Positions 11,872-22,846 of a stretch of 64,000 nucleotides of DNA are shown piece by piece. This stretch comes from Diplonema japonicum. Its lineage: Eukaryota > Protista > Euglenozoa: Diplonemea. Position numbers and translations under genes: made by a program. The notes beneath the pieces are model-generated. The model did not search any database. It saw only the letters and a list, made by a program, of their open reading frames with translations, and was not told where the DNA came from. The number at the start of each line of letters is the position of its first letter. Within the stretch, counting starts at the first letter, position 1. The stretch spans positions 186,001 to 250,000 of the forward strand of contig OZ025686.1 in the NCBI GenBank assembly GCA_964019335.1. The letters run 5' to 3'.

Positions 11872-14214
11872 TCACGGCTTGAAGGTGTAAGAGAAGCGGC
11901 CCTCAGAGACAAGCTTGGAGCAGTCCAGGGTAGCGGTGGTGGGCATGTGTAGGCCCTTGGCTCCATTGTAGAAAGCGCAGAACTCCTCAGCCATGCCTTG
12001 CTCCTGGTGCTGAGCCGACGAAGGACAAGGGTACATCTTGGGGTCAGACACAGTACCGTTCCAGATGTAGCTGAAGGAGTTCTCCTTTGGCCAGTAGCTG
12101 CAGTCAGCACTCAGTGACATGGGAGGAGGGATGATGACTCCATTTGTGTTGTTTTTCCATTCGCAGGTCCTGGTCCCATCAGTGTTGTTGGTGACTACTG
12201 TTTCAGGAGGGCAGGTTGGGGGCGGAATGGGAACACCGCCTTCCACGAACGCAAGTACTGGTGCGGACGTGATACCGCACTGGTCGGTCCCCCTCTCCAG
12301 CCTGATGAACCCGTTCTCACCCCAGTCAGAGCCCCACGAGTTCTTGATGAGCCAGTACTTGGTCCCCTTGTCCACACCGTACCCCACGATCAGCACCGCG
12401 TGGTCGGGTTCCTTGTTGCAGCACTTGTCCATGATACCACCGGTGTACGGCCACCACAGCTGCGTCATCGCGTCGAGGGAAATGGACATAGGCCCGTATT
12501 TGGCAACAGCAGCTGCCATGGCATCTTCGCTGTTGTTCACCATGAAGTAGCCGGTCACCTTCACATCTGCCATGGTATGCCCACCAGTGCACGGAGGAAC
12601 GTTGCCGTTCCCAGAGACGTACGGGTAGCTGGCCTCGGTGGCGTCACCGTGCTGCTGCACGTACTGGATGGCAAGGTATGGCCAGCCACCATCGCATTTG
12701 TCGCAGTTCTCCTCGCAGCTGACAAGTTCCTGCTCGGAAAGGCTCTGCAGCTTGTTACCAGCCATGGCCCAGGCACCCTCGATCACACCCGTTGTGCTGA
12801 ACGACCAGCATGAACCACACTGGCCCTGGTTCTTAATAGGAGTGACAACACCCTTGGTCCTCCAGTCCACAGACTCGGGGATGGCTTTAATGTCATCCTC
12901 GGTGATCACAAGCCCAGTAGGAAGGGGGGGCACGGCACCAGCAGGCATGGGTTTCGAGCAGTCCCTGAGGTGGGTCTCGAACTCCGCCTTCGTCCAGTCG
13001 GCAAGGCTGTTGGGAATGGCACTGGAGTTGTTACCGTTCACCCTGAAGAAGGCGGTCAGGTGCTTCCTGAAGTTGTTGAACCTAGAAACCTCTTCCATGG
13101 GGGATTCGTATTTCTTGTTGTGGTGCGCCTTCCACGTGTTGAACATCTTCTTGTGCTGGGCCTCAGGCAGGTTGCGCTCGACAATCTCCTCGGTGGTGGC
13201 AGGCCTCTTCCACTCCTTCTTCGTGGACTTCTTGAAGGCGCCGAACAGCGAGGTCTCGGACATCACGGCAGTGCTGATAGAGAACGATGCAGCCCCCCAC
13301 TGCATCTGGCAGGAAAACTCAGTGCCAGGAGGTAGGATGAAGTAGCAGCCGCCCTCGTCACCGTTGTTGTTTTGGTTCGACCCCCATGCGCACACGTTGG
13401 TGCCCTCGTAGGCGCAGTGGAAGGAGTTGTAGTCACCGTTTGTGCTGCTGGACGTCACCATCACGATTAGGTCCTTGTCGTTGTGGGGGTTGGTGTAGGC
13501 GCAGTCGCACATGTTAGGCTTCGGGTAGGAAACAAGAGGGCAGTTCCACTGTGCTTCGGTCTGGGCGTTGTTGGAGAGGTAGGTCTTCGCAAACTCAAGA
13601 CCAACGGAGCCCCTCATGTCGAACTGACCGTTCGCCTTGCAGGTAACAGTAGCACCCGCAGGGAGGACATACCCACAGGAGTAACCACCAGTACCGTTTA
13701 CAGCGTAGTTGCACACAGTCAGGTTGGAGTACTTGCAGTTGAAAGAGTTGTGAAGGCTGGGCTCATTGGTCTCGAAGGACTGAGCAACCCACAGGTCGGT
13801 GCTGAGCTTGTTGGTGTAGGTGCAAGTGCCGGAGCTGCATGGGATCTCGTGGGTGTTCTTGGTCAGAGCGTTGGCAGCAAGGGGCGCAGCGTGTGAGCCA
13901 ATGAAGTGGATGGTCCCTTGGGACTGGCACTGGAACTGCCCCCCCGCAGGAAGCAGGAAAAAGCAGTCGCCTGCGCTCCCGGTCTCCGACGCGGTCCACC
14001 TCCTGCTGCAGTACGTCACATCACCGCTGCTGCATTGAAAGTAACCGTCTGTCACACCATTCTGAAGCTCTACTTGGAAGAACAAGCTGACAATCTGGTC
14101 GGTGTTCCCCTGATTCTGGTAGTTGCAGTTACCGTCCCCGCCGGGGCAGTTGATCTCCGTCCACTGCACCGCATGCACCGCGGCCGCTGCAAGCAGCAAT
14201 AAAAACGACCTCAT
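11872..14214 (-). CDS. Papain-family (C1A) cysteine protease with three N-terminal Cys-rich repeats and a C-terminal extension
   Basis: Signal peptide, I29-type prodomain, QGQCGSCWSFS, DHAVLIVGYG, YWLIKNSWG. Confidence 0.95.
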   Translation of the reverse strand: MRSFLLLLAAAAVHAVQWTEINCPGGDGNCNYQNQGNTDQIVSLFFQVELQNGVTDGYFQCSSGDVTYCSRRWTASETGSAGDCFFLLPAGGQFQCQSQGTIHFIGSHAAPLAANALTKNTHEIPCSSGTCTYTNKLSTDLWVAQSFETNEPSLHNSFNCKYSNLTVCNYAVNGTGGYSCGYVLPAGATVTCKANGQFDMRGSVGLEFAKTYLSNNAQTEAQWNCPLVSYPKPNMCDCAYTNPHNDKDLIVMVTSSSTNGDYNSFHCAYEGTNVCAWGSNQNNNGDEGGCYFILPPGTEFSCQMQWGAASFSISTAVMSETSLFGAFKKSTKKEWKRPATTEEIVERNLPEAQHKKMFNTWKAHHNKKYESPMEEVSRFNNFRKHLTAFFRVNGNNSSAIPNSLADWTKAEFETHLRDCSKPMPAGAVPPLPTGLVITEDDIKAIPESVDWRTKGVVTPIKNQGQCGSCWSFSTTGVIEGAWAMAGNKLQSLSEQELVSCEENCDKCDGGWPYLAIQYVQQHGDATEASYPYVSGNGNVPPCTGGHTMADVKVTGYFMVNNSEDAMAAAVAKYGPMSISLDAMTQLWWPYTGGIMDKCCNKEPDHAVLIVGYGVDKGTKYWLIKNSWGSDWGENGFIRLERGTDQCGITSAPVLAFVEGGVPIPPPTCPPETVVTNNTDGTRTCEWKNNTNGVIIPPPMSLSADCSYWPKENSFSYIWNGTVSDPKMYPCPSSAQHQEQGMAEEFCAFYNGAKGLHMPTTATLDCSKLVSEGRFSYTFKP

Positions 14215-14337
14215 TTTTTCCGTGTAGAGTTTCTAACCTGAACAGATTGTCATTTCGAGAATAAAAAAAACTAAATTGCCCATGTAATAGGATAAAACTT
14301 CGATAAAAGGCTTACAACTTTCCCCCCCTCTCTTTGC

Positions 14338-15825
14338 TTACGTTTTAATACTCTGCCATCCGCTTGGTTTGTCGCCCTGCTCAGCGAGAGCCTTGCCCAG
14401 TCTTTTTTGCAGCTTGCGCATCTCGGCGACGGGGGTTTGCTGCCCGCGCAGCTTTCCGATTTCATCCTCGAGCTCCCCGTGGTACGCCCGGATGTGTTTC
14501 AACAATCTTGCGGTTTTCTCAAAGGAGGCTTCCGTCTTAGAAGACACAGTGGACCAGTACTGCGTGAGGACTTCTGTGACCTCCCGTTCACGAAAGGTGG
14601 GAGGAGGCAAGGCGGGGGAAGACTCTGCACACCCTGATGCTTCCTGGCTGAGAAGCCAGTCTGACACACTTGGGGCAGAGGCCCGCGTGAAGGTGAGCGG
14701 CGTTTCCACGGATGGCAACTTAACACGTTTCGCAGAAGGAAGATCATCCATCATGGTAGATTTTGCCTTGCAAGGTACACGGGTAACGATGCAAGGGGTG
14801 AGGTCGTGCTGGGCTTGGGATATTTCCTCCTGGATGGCCGGCAGCTCGGTCGTGTTTTTCAAGACGAGTCTGGAGTGGTAGTTGAACTTCTTCCCTGTTT
14901 CTTCCCCGTGAGATGTCTTGTGCTCATCGACTATTTCCATGTTGGCACCTGACCCCGTCCACTCCGATGGCTTCCGTGTACCGTACCCCTCACGGTTTGT
15001 GATGACGTCAGGCTCCAGCTGCAGAGTTGGTTTTTGCTTGTCCGCGATTTTTCTCGCCTCCTCGCGCTGAAGGATGCCTGTGAAGATATTGGACTTTCCG
15101 CCTCGTAGTTCCCTCGATTGGAAATACGGTGATTTGAGGAAGTCAGACCAGAAAGATGCTTCAGGAAGGGACTTGTGCAGGACGTGGTCAACGTACGCCT
15201 CCTCGACTAAAGGATGTTCCTCGAAAATGTCTTTAATGAGCTGTGAGTTTAATTTGTAGGTGGAAGTCTCTTGAGAGGATTCGCTGAGGAGCTCGCGGGT
15301 GAAGTGCGCGCTCCGCATGGGGGCGATGGGGGTGGAGAGGTATTGTTGTCTTGTTGCCCAGAATTCTTCGTCTGTTAAGACTTTTCGCTTTGCCACGAGT
15401 GACGCGTGAAGTGCTCCCAACGCCGGGTTCTTTGACAACACCTTTGCCTTGGTTGCCGCTTCTTCGCTTAACTCAGCTACGTTTGCCATGTCCTTCTCAT
15501 GAACGAGTTTCAACCCTTTTAAAGATAGTCTCCCTCCCCATTCGTCCCTCTCACGATTGTTCGTGAAGCTCAAGGTGGAGGCCCCGCCGTCCCCCAAGAC
15601 TATCCTCATTTTCGGGCCTTTTCTTGAAATTTTGACGCCCTTCAGGCCTTTTAGCCCGCTGGCCCATATTTCACCCCGGTCTTCTTTAACGAAGCTGACC
15701 CTGCCCTGTTTTAAGATAAGCGTGCCTTCACCAAGGTCGTCACAGCTTACGAGTGCTGTGTACTGTGGTGTCTTCGCTGGTTCTTCGCCGTCGTCTTCTG
15801 GTTTTTTCTCTTTGCGTGTTGTCAT
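14338..15825 (-). CDS. TFB1: TFIIH p62 subunit-like (PH + BSD domains)
   Basis: N-terminal PH-like region; BSD-like segments LSKNPALGALHASLV...LTDEEFWATR and IFEEHPLVEEAY...EASFWSDFLKSPYF. Confidence 0.78.
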   Translation of the reverse strand: MTTRKEKKPEDDGEEPAKTPQYTALVSCDDLGEGTLILKQGRVSFVKEDRGEIWASGLKGLKGVKISRKGPKMRIVLGDGGASTLSFTNNRERDEWGGRLSLKGLKLVHEKDMANVAELSEEAATKAKVLSKNPALGALHASLVAKRKVLTDEEFWATRQQYLSTPIAPMRSAHFTRELLSESSQETSTYKLNSQLIKDIFEEHPLVEEAYVDHVLHKSLPEASFWSDFLKSPYFQSRELRGGKSNIFTGILQREEARKIADKQKPTLQLEPDVITNREGYGTRKPSEWTGSGANMEIVDEHKTSHGEETGKKFNYHSRLVLKNTTELPAIQEEISQAQHDLTPCIVTRVPCKAKSTMMDDLPSAKRVKLPSVETPLTFTRASAPSVSDWLLSQEASGCAESSPALPPPTFREREVTEVLTQYWSTVSSKTEASFEKTARLLKHIRAYHGELEDEIGKLRGQQTPVAEMRKLQKRLGKALAEQGDKPSGWQSIKT

Positions 15826-15941
15826 TGTTCTCCCCTATTTTTTTTTCTCCTTTTTTTTTCCCCCCCTTCCCTCTCCGTACACAAATAAACCAAAAACAAA
15901 TAGCAAACGAAACAGAAGGGGGAAAAAAAACCATACCAGAT

Positions 15942-16568
15942 GGGGGGGGGGGGGGGGGGGGGGGTCACATGGTCCTAAAAAACGTGGTTAAACGTGAAAA
16001 AAAAAAGCTTTTTAAAGAATTTTCCCCTAAGGTAAAAAAAACCGCCCAATACCCTCCAAATTAACCAAAAAATCAAAATTCGCCGGATTAGAGCATTTCT
16101 GGGCACTTGTTAATACTTTATCTGTATTTAAAAACAGTGACCACGGTTTGGTACCTGAAATATTTGCAAAAACAAACTACATCCTAACCTCGGGAAAATG
16201 ATAGATATTCATCAGAAATGTCGCGCAAAACACAGAAAAGTTCACAATCGGACAATGTAAGACAGTACTCTGCCGTTCAAACGGTAGTGGCATCCTAAAG
16301 AGCCGCGTTCAAAGGGTGGAACAAACCATGGTCAATTCTAAAGTTTTCAGAAAACTCAGAACTACAGGGGAGACAACAGGCCAGGTACCAAACCGTGGTC
16401 ACCAGTTTTAAAAATGCAAAATAATGCCTTGTAGGTGCCCAAAAATGAAAAGTACAAAATCGATTTCTTGGTCGAGAAAGGGGTGTTTTACATGGTTTAA
16501 GCGGATCCAGTGTTCTGCATTTCCGAATTTGAAAAAACCCACTTTACCACCCCCATGTGACCCCCCCC
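15942..16568. mobile_element. Non-autonomous foldback/MITE-like element
   Basis: Termini (G)nTCACATGG ... CCATGTGA(C)8. Internal imperfect inverted repeat 16093-16157 / 16382-16447 with a perfect 21-bp core GTGACCACGGTTTGGTACCTG. Confidence 0.65.
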
Positions 16569-16719
16569 TAGGGCTATGCTGGCATGGAAACGCGTTTCCA
16601 TACTTTTCAAAAAAAAGGGAAACGGAAACGTTTCCTTATGTTTCCTTAAGAAGGAAGCCGTTTCCATAAGAATTTTGAAAAGTATGGAAACGGAAACGTT
16701 TCCTGCCAGCATAGCCCTA
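16569..16719. mobile_element. ~150-bp palindromic MITE-like element abutting the previous element
   Basis: TAGGGCTATGCTGGCA...CGTTTCCATACTTTTCAAAA mirrored by TTTTGAAAAGTATGGAAACG...TGCCAGCATAGCCCTA; repeated GGAAAC/GTTTCC units. Confidence 0.75.
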
Positions 16720-17426
16720 GGGGGGGGGGGGGGGGTCCTTCATGCTTGCTGTGTCCTTACGCCTCTCTTTTGGTTATTTTAAAAACCATCTCCTCCATTT
16801 ATTTATTTCTTAATTCTCCTGAAGGCCACCCGCACGCAAAAGAAAGGGGACCAGACAACTTTATAGTTTGTTTGTGTGGTGCAGTGGATAACATAGGAGG
16901 AATAAGAGTGCGTGTTACATGAGAGCAAACAAATAAAGGGTGAAACAGGGGATATACGATAGCAAAGCACCTTTCTCTTCTTTCATTATTCTCAGACCAA
17001 CAAACGCCTTTTACTGGACTGGAGACTGGAGTGCACTTAACAGTCCGTAATCAAAGGAGACTAAGTTAACTCTCGGACTCTTGGTATGCGGTGCCATACT
17101 GCTGTTAAGGGGTGGGGGTCACGAGGCCACCCAATACAATTCTTTTAAAAAAAACAAAAAAAAAACAAAAACACCCCCTTATATCCAAAAAGGTGGGCTC
17201 TTGAGAAGATTTAAAAAAAAAAAGAATCTTTTTTTTTTTTTTCTCTTTCCCCTTCTCTCTTTTAACCAAGCTGACTTGTTTTCTTGGGGGAAAAAAAAAA
17301 GGGGGCGGGAGAGGGGACAAATGGAGAGGGTTTGAACAAAAACCAAAAAAGAAAATTCAAACTCACTCTTAAGAAAAAAAACAAAAAAAAAAAAGATTTC
17401 TAATTTTTTTTTTTTTTTTTTTTTGA

Positions 17427-20400
17427 TCAATTCAAGTTCACGCTAGAGGCGACGGTAGATTTCGCAGGGTGTCTTCGGCGTCTCGGAGGCAGAAGGGGAG
17501 ACCTACGAGGCGTGGATCCAAGGCCAAGCATCGTCGATGCAGTGGCAATCACTCTGCTGTGCCTATCCTTGTTTGTTTGAATAGAAGAGAAGGAAGCGTT
17601 CGTCATAGGTGAAACAGGCGACGCCAGTAAGGGCTCAGGGGAAGGGTCCTCCGCGGCTATACGGAGGTTCTTCACAGGCAGAGCGACTTCTGTTCCAGTC
17701 TGCAGAACGTGGACCACCCACTGATCGGCTGCCTTAGCAGATCGTAACACCCGTGCTTTGCACGCGTTGAACTCAAGAGAACTCCCGTTGGTCAGGCCGT
17801 GGATTTCCACTAAGACCCCTGTTCGTATCTCAGAAGAAGTTTCAGATATGTCCTCTTCCTCTTCCTCTTCTTCTTCCCCTCCGTCGTCGTCAAGGAGGGC
17901 TTTCACAACGCTCGCATTGAGATACCGTGAACCGCTCTTCATCATCTTGTGCATGCTGGTGTTCACGCTGTGGTTCGTGTGGTTCGTCATCACAGTGTCC
18001 CCCCGCCGCCTTCCGATCCCCATGTCCTTCACAGGCGGGAACACAAACGGAGACAGAGAAGAGCTCTCCGACAGCGGCGACATCGGGCCATGTTCCGGTA
18101 TCATCATGGTCTGATGGGATTGCGATGGGGACTGCGTTGGCATCAGCGACCTCGACTGCATGCTCTCCAAGCTTGCTGTGCCCACGGAACGTCCGTCCCC
18201 CGACCCACACTCGCACAGTATCGTTGGGAACACCTTCCCCGTGTTGATCTTTTGTGTAAGTATCTCTGCAGCAGTGTCTCGTACCCCTCTGGCGTGTGCT
18301 GTCTTGAGATGAGCTTGTAGCACCGCTGAAGGGTCTTCCCCAAACACACCACCGCCTGTCACGCTGTGGAACACACCTGCAAACACGTCTCTCGACGCTT
18401 CGAGTAACTTGAATGCATCAGGTGCCATCCTCGGAAGTGGGAGCAGCTGGTACACTTCCACGTCGCTTTGGAAGCCAGGCAGGCTCACCAGGTCTATCTG
18501 CCGCAGGGCGAACTCTTCATTGTGCTGCACATCGTTCTTCAGCCGGTCTGCGATGCTGCGGCCGACAACAGCACGCGCGCCGATCGACTCACAGTGCCTG
18601 CATAATGCCTTGCTCAGCTGGGAGCCCTGGCCTATGTAGTGGAAGAAACGTCTCCCGTTAGCACCAAGGTTGCCCTTGTAAAAGTTGTCTGACACAACGC
18701 TGACCTGTACCCAGTTGTGCTGCTGACGAACACCATGGAGGGCCTCTGGTAAGGGGGCCAAGATGATCTCCGCAGCCGCACAGCACCCAAGCTTCTCGTG
18801 ATCCTTCGAGTGCTTCGGGTAGTTGAAGACACCCTCCAGCACGCCATCACTGAATGATACCACCGTGCCCTCATGTCTCCTGAGGGACTTCATCGCAACG
18901 CTGTAAAACGCATGCAGTACCTTCGAGATGTCTGGTGCCTCTAGCTGGTTCTGCATCACGTTAAATGCTGTCAGCTGCACACGGATTATGGTCAGTTCTG
19001 CGTGCACAAGACGGGCATTCCGCGCCTTTGCTTTTCGGTGCTCTTCAGCGACTTTCTCTTCTTGCTCTTCCTTCTCGTCGTCCACCAAACAGAACACCAC
19101 AAACTTCTTCACCGAACTGGCGAGGATCGCCACCACTTGCGCTGTAATCGTAATCTGCGCTGTGATGCCCTCGTTCCAGGTATCTGTTTCAGACAGATAG
19201 AACATGGTTACTAACAACGGCAGCAAGTCGCCCACCAGCAGCGAGAACATCGACCACCTGATGGCCTGGTGACGTACCTTCCGAGGCATCGGTGCATGGA
19301 ACCTCAGGAACTTCCCGATGCGCAGCCCCGACCACAACACCAGGATGTTCTGCATGTTGAAACCGCACAACACCATCACAAGGGTTGTCTCTGTCTGGAA
19401 GTACCGCGTCCACTCCGCCATCTGCTCGTCGATGTTGTTCGCCTTTCTGTTGAGCTTGAAGGACCATAAGATGTTCAGGGTGAAGCCGACCACCAGGATC
19501 ACAATCTGCACAGGTGCAAGGCGGAGTCCCATAGAGTCCCCGTCCACATACATGTTCCACACCATGATGATGAGCCCTATCTTCCCCGACACAGAAGCAA
19601 ATGCTGTCAAGGGTGCAAGGAAGTTCGCCTTGCCCGACTTTTTGACATGTATCGTGATCTCATCGGGGTTTTGAATGAGAAAATCTTGCAAGTGCGAGCT
19701 GTGCAGCAAGGGATAAGTCGTTGTGGCAACCGTGTCATCCTCGTCATCGGAATCAGGAGAGGGCACTGCGGAAAGCTCGAGGGGTTCGCCCACTAGTTCA
19801 CCCAACGCCATGCGGCATTCTCGTTGCAGCGACGTTAGTGATGCGTGGTTGGGGTCAGTGTAGTGCCACTCAAAGCTTTTGCTCTTCTTCGTGATGCTAT
19901 TCAGGCCATCTTGATTGTCCAGTTTCCTCTTTTCTAAGTTCCTTGAGATATAAACCACATGCACGGTGCACCGCCTCTCCGCTGTGTCGATGATGTCGTC
20001 GTTCCCGTCGAGGGACTCCTCTTTGTCTACCTCGTCATCCTTGCCGTGAGTGTCCATCCCCATGACTGCTGAAGGGAAGTATTTTCTGTACTCTGACAGC
20101 TGCCATACGGTTTTCCGTAAGCCTAGCTGCAGAGCCCGTACCTCGAGCAGCTTTGAAAGCGGTTTGTTCTTCTGTCGTTTCATCGCTGTTTCCAAGCGCA
20201 GCCCTGCAATGTCTTGCAGGTCCACAATCATCGTCATCAAAGCGGTCGTAGTGGCGTTGGACGCCATCAACGACAGCAGCAGCGCAAGGAACACCAGCAA
20301 GATGGACACCAGCACGAGAAAACGGTGGCTGTCCTTCTCGTTCCCACGCACACGGTTCAGCTCCCCGTCGAGCAAGGTGCGGAGCTCGAGGGTGTTTCTG

Positions 20401-22202
20401 ATCATGGAGCCTTTGACCTCCATGAGGGGCACCATCGCCATCGCTACACCGTTGAGGTTGGAATGCCTGAACATAGACGCCTTGATAAAGTATGTCTCGT
20501 TGTACACATCGACCACCTCATGCACCGAGTCGAGGGGCACGGTGCTGATGGTGGTGGAATTCGTTACGCTCAGGAAGCCCTTCACAACAGACACCACGAT
20601 CGGGTCGTTGATGGAGTAGATAGACGCCACCTTTCCCTCCCTCACGAGCGTCCCGTGCGAAGCGGCAATCACAAGCGCAGCGCTGCTGTTCTGCACGACG
20701 ACGATCCTCTCGTTGTTGTACTGCACTTTGTCCTTCAGTGTGTCCGAGATGCCTTCCAGCGTCACGTACCGCATCACAGTGTGCAGCGGGACAGAGTTGC
20801 GGTACGCTGTTGACGCTACACTGAGAGTGGCGTGGCCAAGCTGCACTGTAGGTTCAGACCATTGTATCTGCCCAGCGGGCACAATAAACCATTTCTGCGT
20901 GAATGAAGAAACCTTGACCCAGTTGGGAGAGGTTACACCAGCGACCACCTCTACACCATTACTGTCATACGTGGCGGGGCGAACAGTTTGAGCGCCGATG
21001 GTGTTCAAATTCGTGAAACCAATGTGCGCGATGGTGGTTCCTGACGGCGGGGTAAAACCGAGGAACTGCGAGGCCCGGCTGCCGTGTATGATCCGTGTGA
21101 AGCTGTCGTCCGGGGAGAACACCTGCACGGAGAACGGATGCGCGGTAGTGAGGGAAGAGTCCATGGAGAGCAGATTCTGCTGCAGGATGTTGGCAACGGT
21201 AGCGGCAACCTGTGTGTATGGCAGCATGGTCTGCACATGGCGGGTTTCTATGATAGAGAGGAATCTGTCAACATGGGTCACAGTGTGCAACGCGGTCTGC
21301 TCGAGAAACTTGTCCGACAGTTTTGAAATGGACTCGTCTGCCGTAATAAAGGTTCGTTCCTGCGTCTCACGCGCGCTGCTGAAGCTCAATTTTAGATCCT
21401 TCTCGGCTTGCGTTGTACTGACGAAGAACACGATCATACAGCTCCCCGACGCCAGGATGATGCTGATGATCTGCGTGCAGAAGCGAATCGACAACGCCCG
21501 CTCCCCAAGGTTGAATGTTTGCCCTCCTCGCTCATGATGGTTATTATTAATAACAGATGTGAAGGCCAAGGAACACCCAATGGAGAGCAAGATGGCGGCG
21601 GGCCATATAATGTAACTAAGCTCCCTTTCTTGCAACTGGTAGGACTCCGTCGACGGCGTTTTCGCCTCGTTTATTAAATCTCGGGAGTTGGACACGACAC
21701 CTATGGAACAAGGGGACTGCGCAGACTCAACACCAGATCCTGTGGACATCGTTGCGTGCAACACAGAGAGGCAGGGTTCACGCCGTTCGAATGCTGGGCA
21801 TGAGCTTAACGGGCTGTTCCATTTGAAACAATCGAGAAGAGGGAAGTTCAAACTGTCATCGACTCTCACCGCTTCGATAGGAGCACTGCATCTTTCCATG
21901 AAATTCTCGCAGTGCTGCGAACAGGCCTGAAGAGGTTTTTTCTCAGTTGTGCACCCTATGATGTCTGCGGTGCACGCCACAGTTTTCATCGCTAGTTCGC
22001 ACTCGGTGCTCATTATCCCCGTTCCTGATATCAAGGCTCGTATTGTTGCCTCCCTCTTTATCACTTCGCTGTAGCTGCTGTTTTTCAAACTGGGGTACAA
22101 CAGGTGTCCGCACATGGCTTGTATCTCCCCGGGCCATTCTGTTTTCTGTACGCAGTCTTGCGCTACTACCGTCGCTGCTACGAGAGCCAAAAGGGTGAAC
22201 AT
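17427..22202 (-). CDS. Multi-pass receptor-like protein: Frizzled-like CRD, extracellular sensor, HAMP-like segment, TM bundle, degenerate class III nucleotidyl-cyclase domain
   Basis: Signal MFTLLALVAA; CRD-like Cys spacing; several TM helices; LSEYRKYFPSAV linker; cyclase-like TIIRVQLTAF, GTVVSFSDGVLEGVFN, KGNLGANGRRFFHYIG. Confidence 0.8.
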   Translation of the reverse strand: MFTLLALVAATVVAQDCVQKTEWPGEIQAMCGHLLYPSLKNSSYSEVIKREATIRALISGTGIMSTECELAMKTVACTADIIGCTTEKKPLQACSQHCENFMERCSAPIEAVRVDDSLNFPLLDCFKWNSPLSSCPAFERREPCLSVLHATMSTGSGVESAQSPCSIGVVSNSRDLINEAKTPSTESYQLQERELSYIIWPAAILLSIGCSLAFTSVINNNHHERGGQTFNLGERALSIRFCTQIISIILASGSCMIVFFVSTTQAEKDLKLSFSSARETQERTFITADESISKLSDKFLEQTALHTVTHVDRFLSIIETRHVQTMLPYTQVAATVANILQQNLLSMDSSLTTAHPFSVQVFSPDDSFTRIIHGSRASQFLGFTPPSGTTIAHIGFTNLNTIGAQTVRPATYDSNGVEVVAGVTSPNWVKVSSFTQKWFIVPAGQIQWSEPTVQLGHATLSVASTAYRNSVPLHTVMRYVTLEGISDTLKDKVQYNNERIVVVQNSSAALVIAASHGTLVREGKVASIYSINDPIVVSVVKGFLSVTNSTTISTVPLDSVHEVVDVYNETYFIKASMFRHSNLNGVAMAMVPLMEVKGSMIRNTLELRTLLDGELNRVRGNEKDSHRFLVLVSILLVFLALLLSLMASNATTTALMTMIVDLQDIAGLRLETAMKRQKNKPLSKLLEVRALQLGLRKTVWQLSEYRKYFPSAVMGMDTHGKDDEVDKEESLDGNDDIIDTAERRCTVHVVYISRNLEKRKLDNQDGLNSITKKSKSFEWHYTDPNHASLTSLQRECRMALGELVGEPLELSAVPSPDSDDEDDTVATTTYPLLHSSHLQDFLIQNPDEITIHVKKSGKANFLAPLTAFASVSGKIGLIIMVWNMYVDGDSMGLRLAPVQIVILVVGFTLNILWSFKLNRKANNIDEQMAEWTRYFQTETTLVMVLCGFNMQNILVLWSGLRIGKFLRFHAPMPRKVRHQAIRWSMFSLLVGDLLPLLVTMFYLSETDTWNEGITAQITITAQVVAILASSVKKFVVFCLVDDEKEEQEEKVAEEHRKAKARNARLVHAELTIIRVQLTAFNVMQNQLEAPDISKVLHAFYSVAMKSLRRHEGTVVSFSDGVLEGVFNYPKHSKDHEKLGCCAAAEIILAPLPEALHGVRQQHNWVQVSVVSDNFYKGNLGANGRRFFHYIGQGSQLSKALCRHCESIGARAVVGRSIADRLKNDVQHNEEFALRQIDLVSLPGFQSDVEVYQLLPLPRMAPDAFKLLEASRDVFAGVFHSVTGGGVFGEDPSAVLQAHLKTAHARGVRDTAAEILTQKINTGKVFPTILCECGSGDGRSVGTASLESMQSRSLMPTQSPSQSHQTMMIPEHGPMSPLSESSSLSPFVFPPVKDMGIGRRRGDTVMTNHTNHSVNTSMHKMMKSGSRYLNASVVKALLDDDGGEEEEEEEEDISETSSEIRTGVLVEIHGLTNGSSLEFNACKARVLRSAKAADQWVVHVLQTGTEVALPVKNLRIAAEDPSPEPLLASPVSPMTNASFSSIQTNKDRHSRVIATASTMLGLGSTPRRSPLLPPRRRRHPAKSTVASSVNLN

Positions 22203-22811
22203 TTTGTTTGTATCATTTTTTTTTTTTTTTTTTGCCAGCCTTTTTTTTTTTTTTTTTTTTTCCAAAAAAAATAAATAAATAAAACAAGGAAGGAAGCAAA
22301 AGGGGACGGCACAAACCGTGTCACAACTCTGAAGTACAACTTTTTCTTTTTTTCCTTCTGAGATGTGACTTTTTTTTTTCTCCTTTTTTTATTTATTCAT
22401 TCGTGGCTTACACGTTCTGAGCAGGGGTCAAAAAATTCAGTTCTGCTGTGAAGCCACCCAATTTTTCGTTCTTTTTTTGTAACTAAAAAGAAGAAAAAAA
22501 TGTGCCCAAAAAAACAAAGAGAAAGGGAGGGGAGAGAGAAAGGAAAAGATAGCAGAGAATGGTTCCTTGTTATTATTTTTTTTTTTGCCGTTGTTTCTTT
22601 TTCTTTATACATTTTTTCCCCCCCCCGCCCCTGGTTTCTATTCTCTTTTTATTATATTTTTATTCTTGTCATGTGAAGCAAAACAAAAACAAAAACAAAA
22701 AAAGAAAGAAGGGACGCCCTTTGAGGGAGGGGGGAAAGAGAAACCTTTAAACGGACTTTTGCACTAGACACATGCGTGCCTGTATTGCTGTGTTCGCAAA
22801 AATGAATCGTC

Positions 22812-22846
<35 letters not shown>

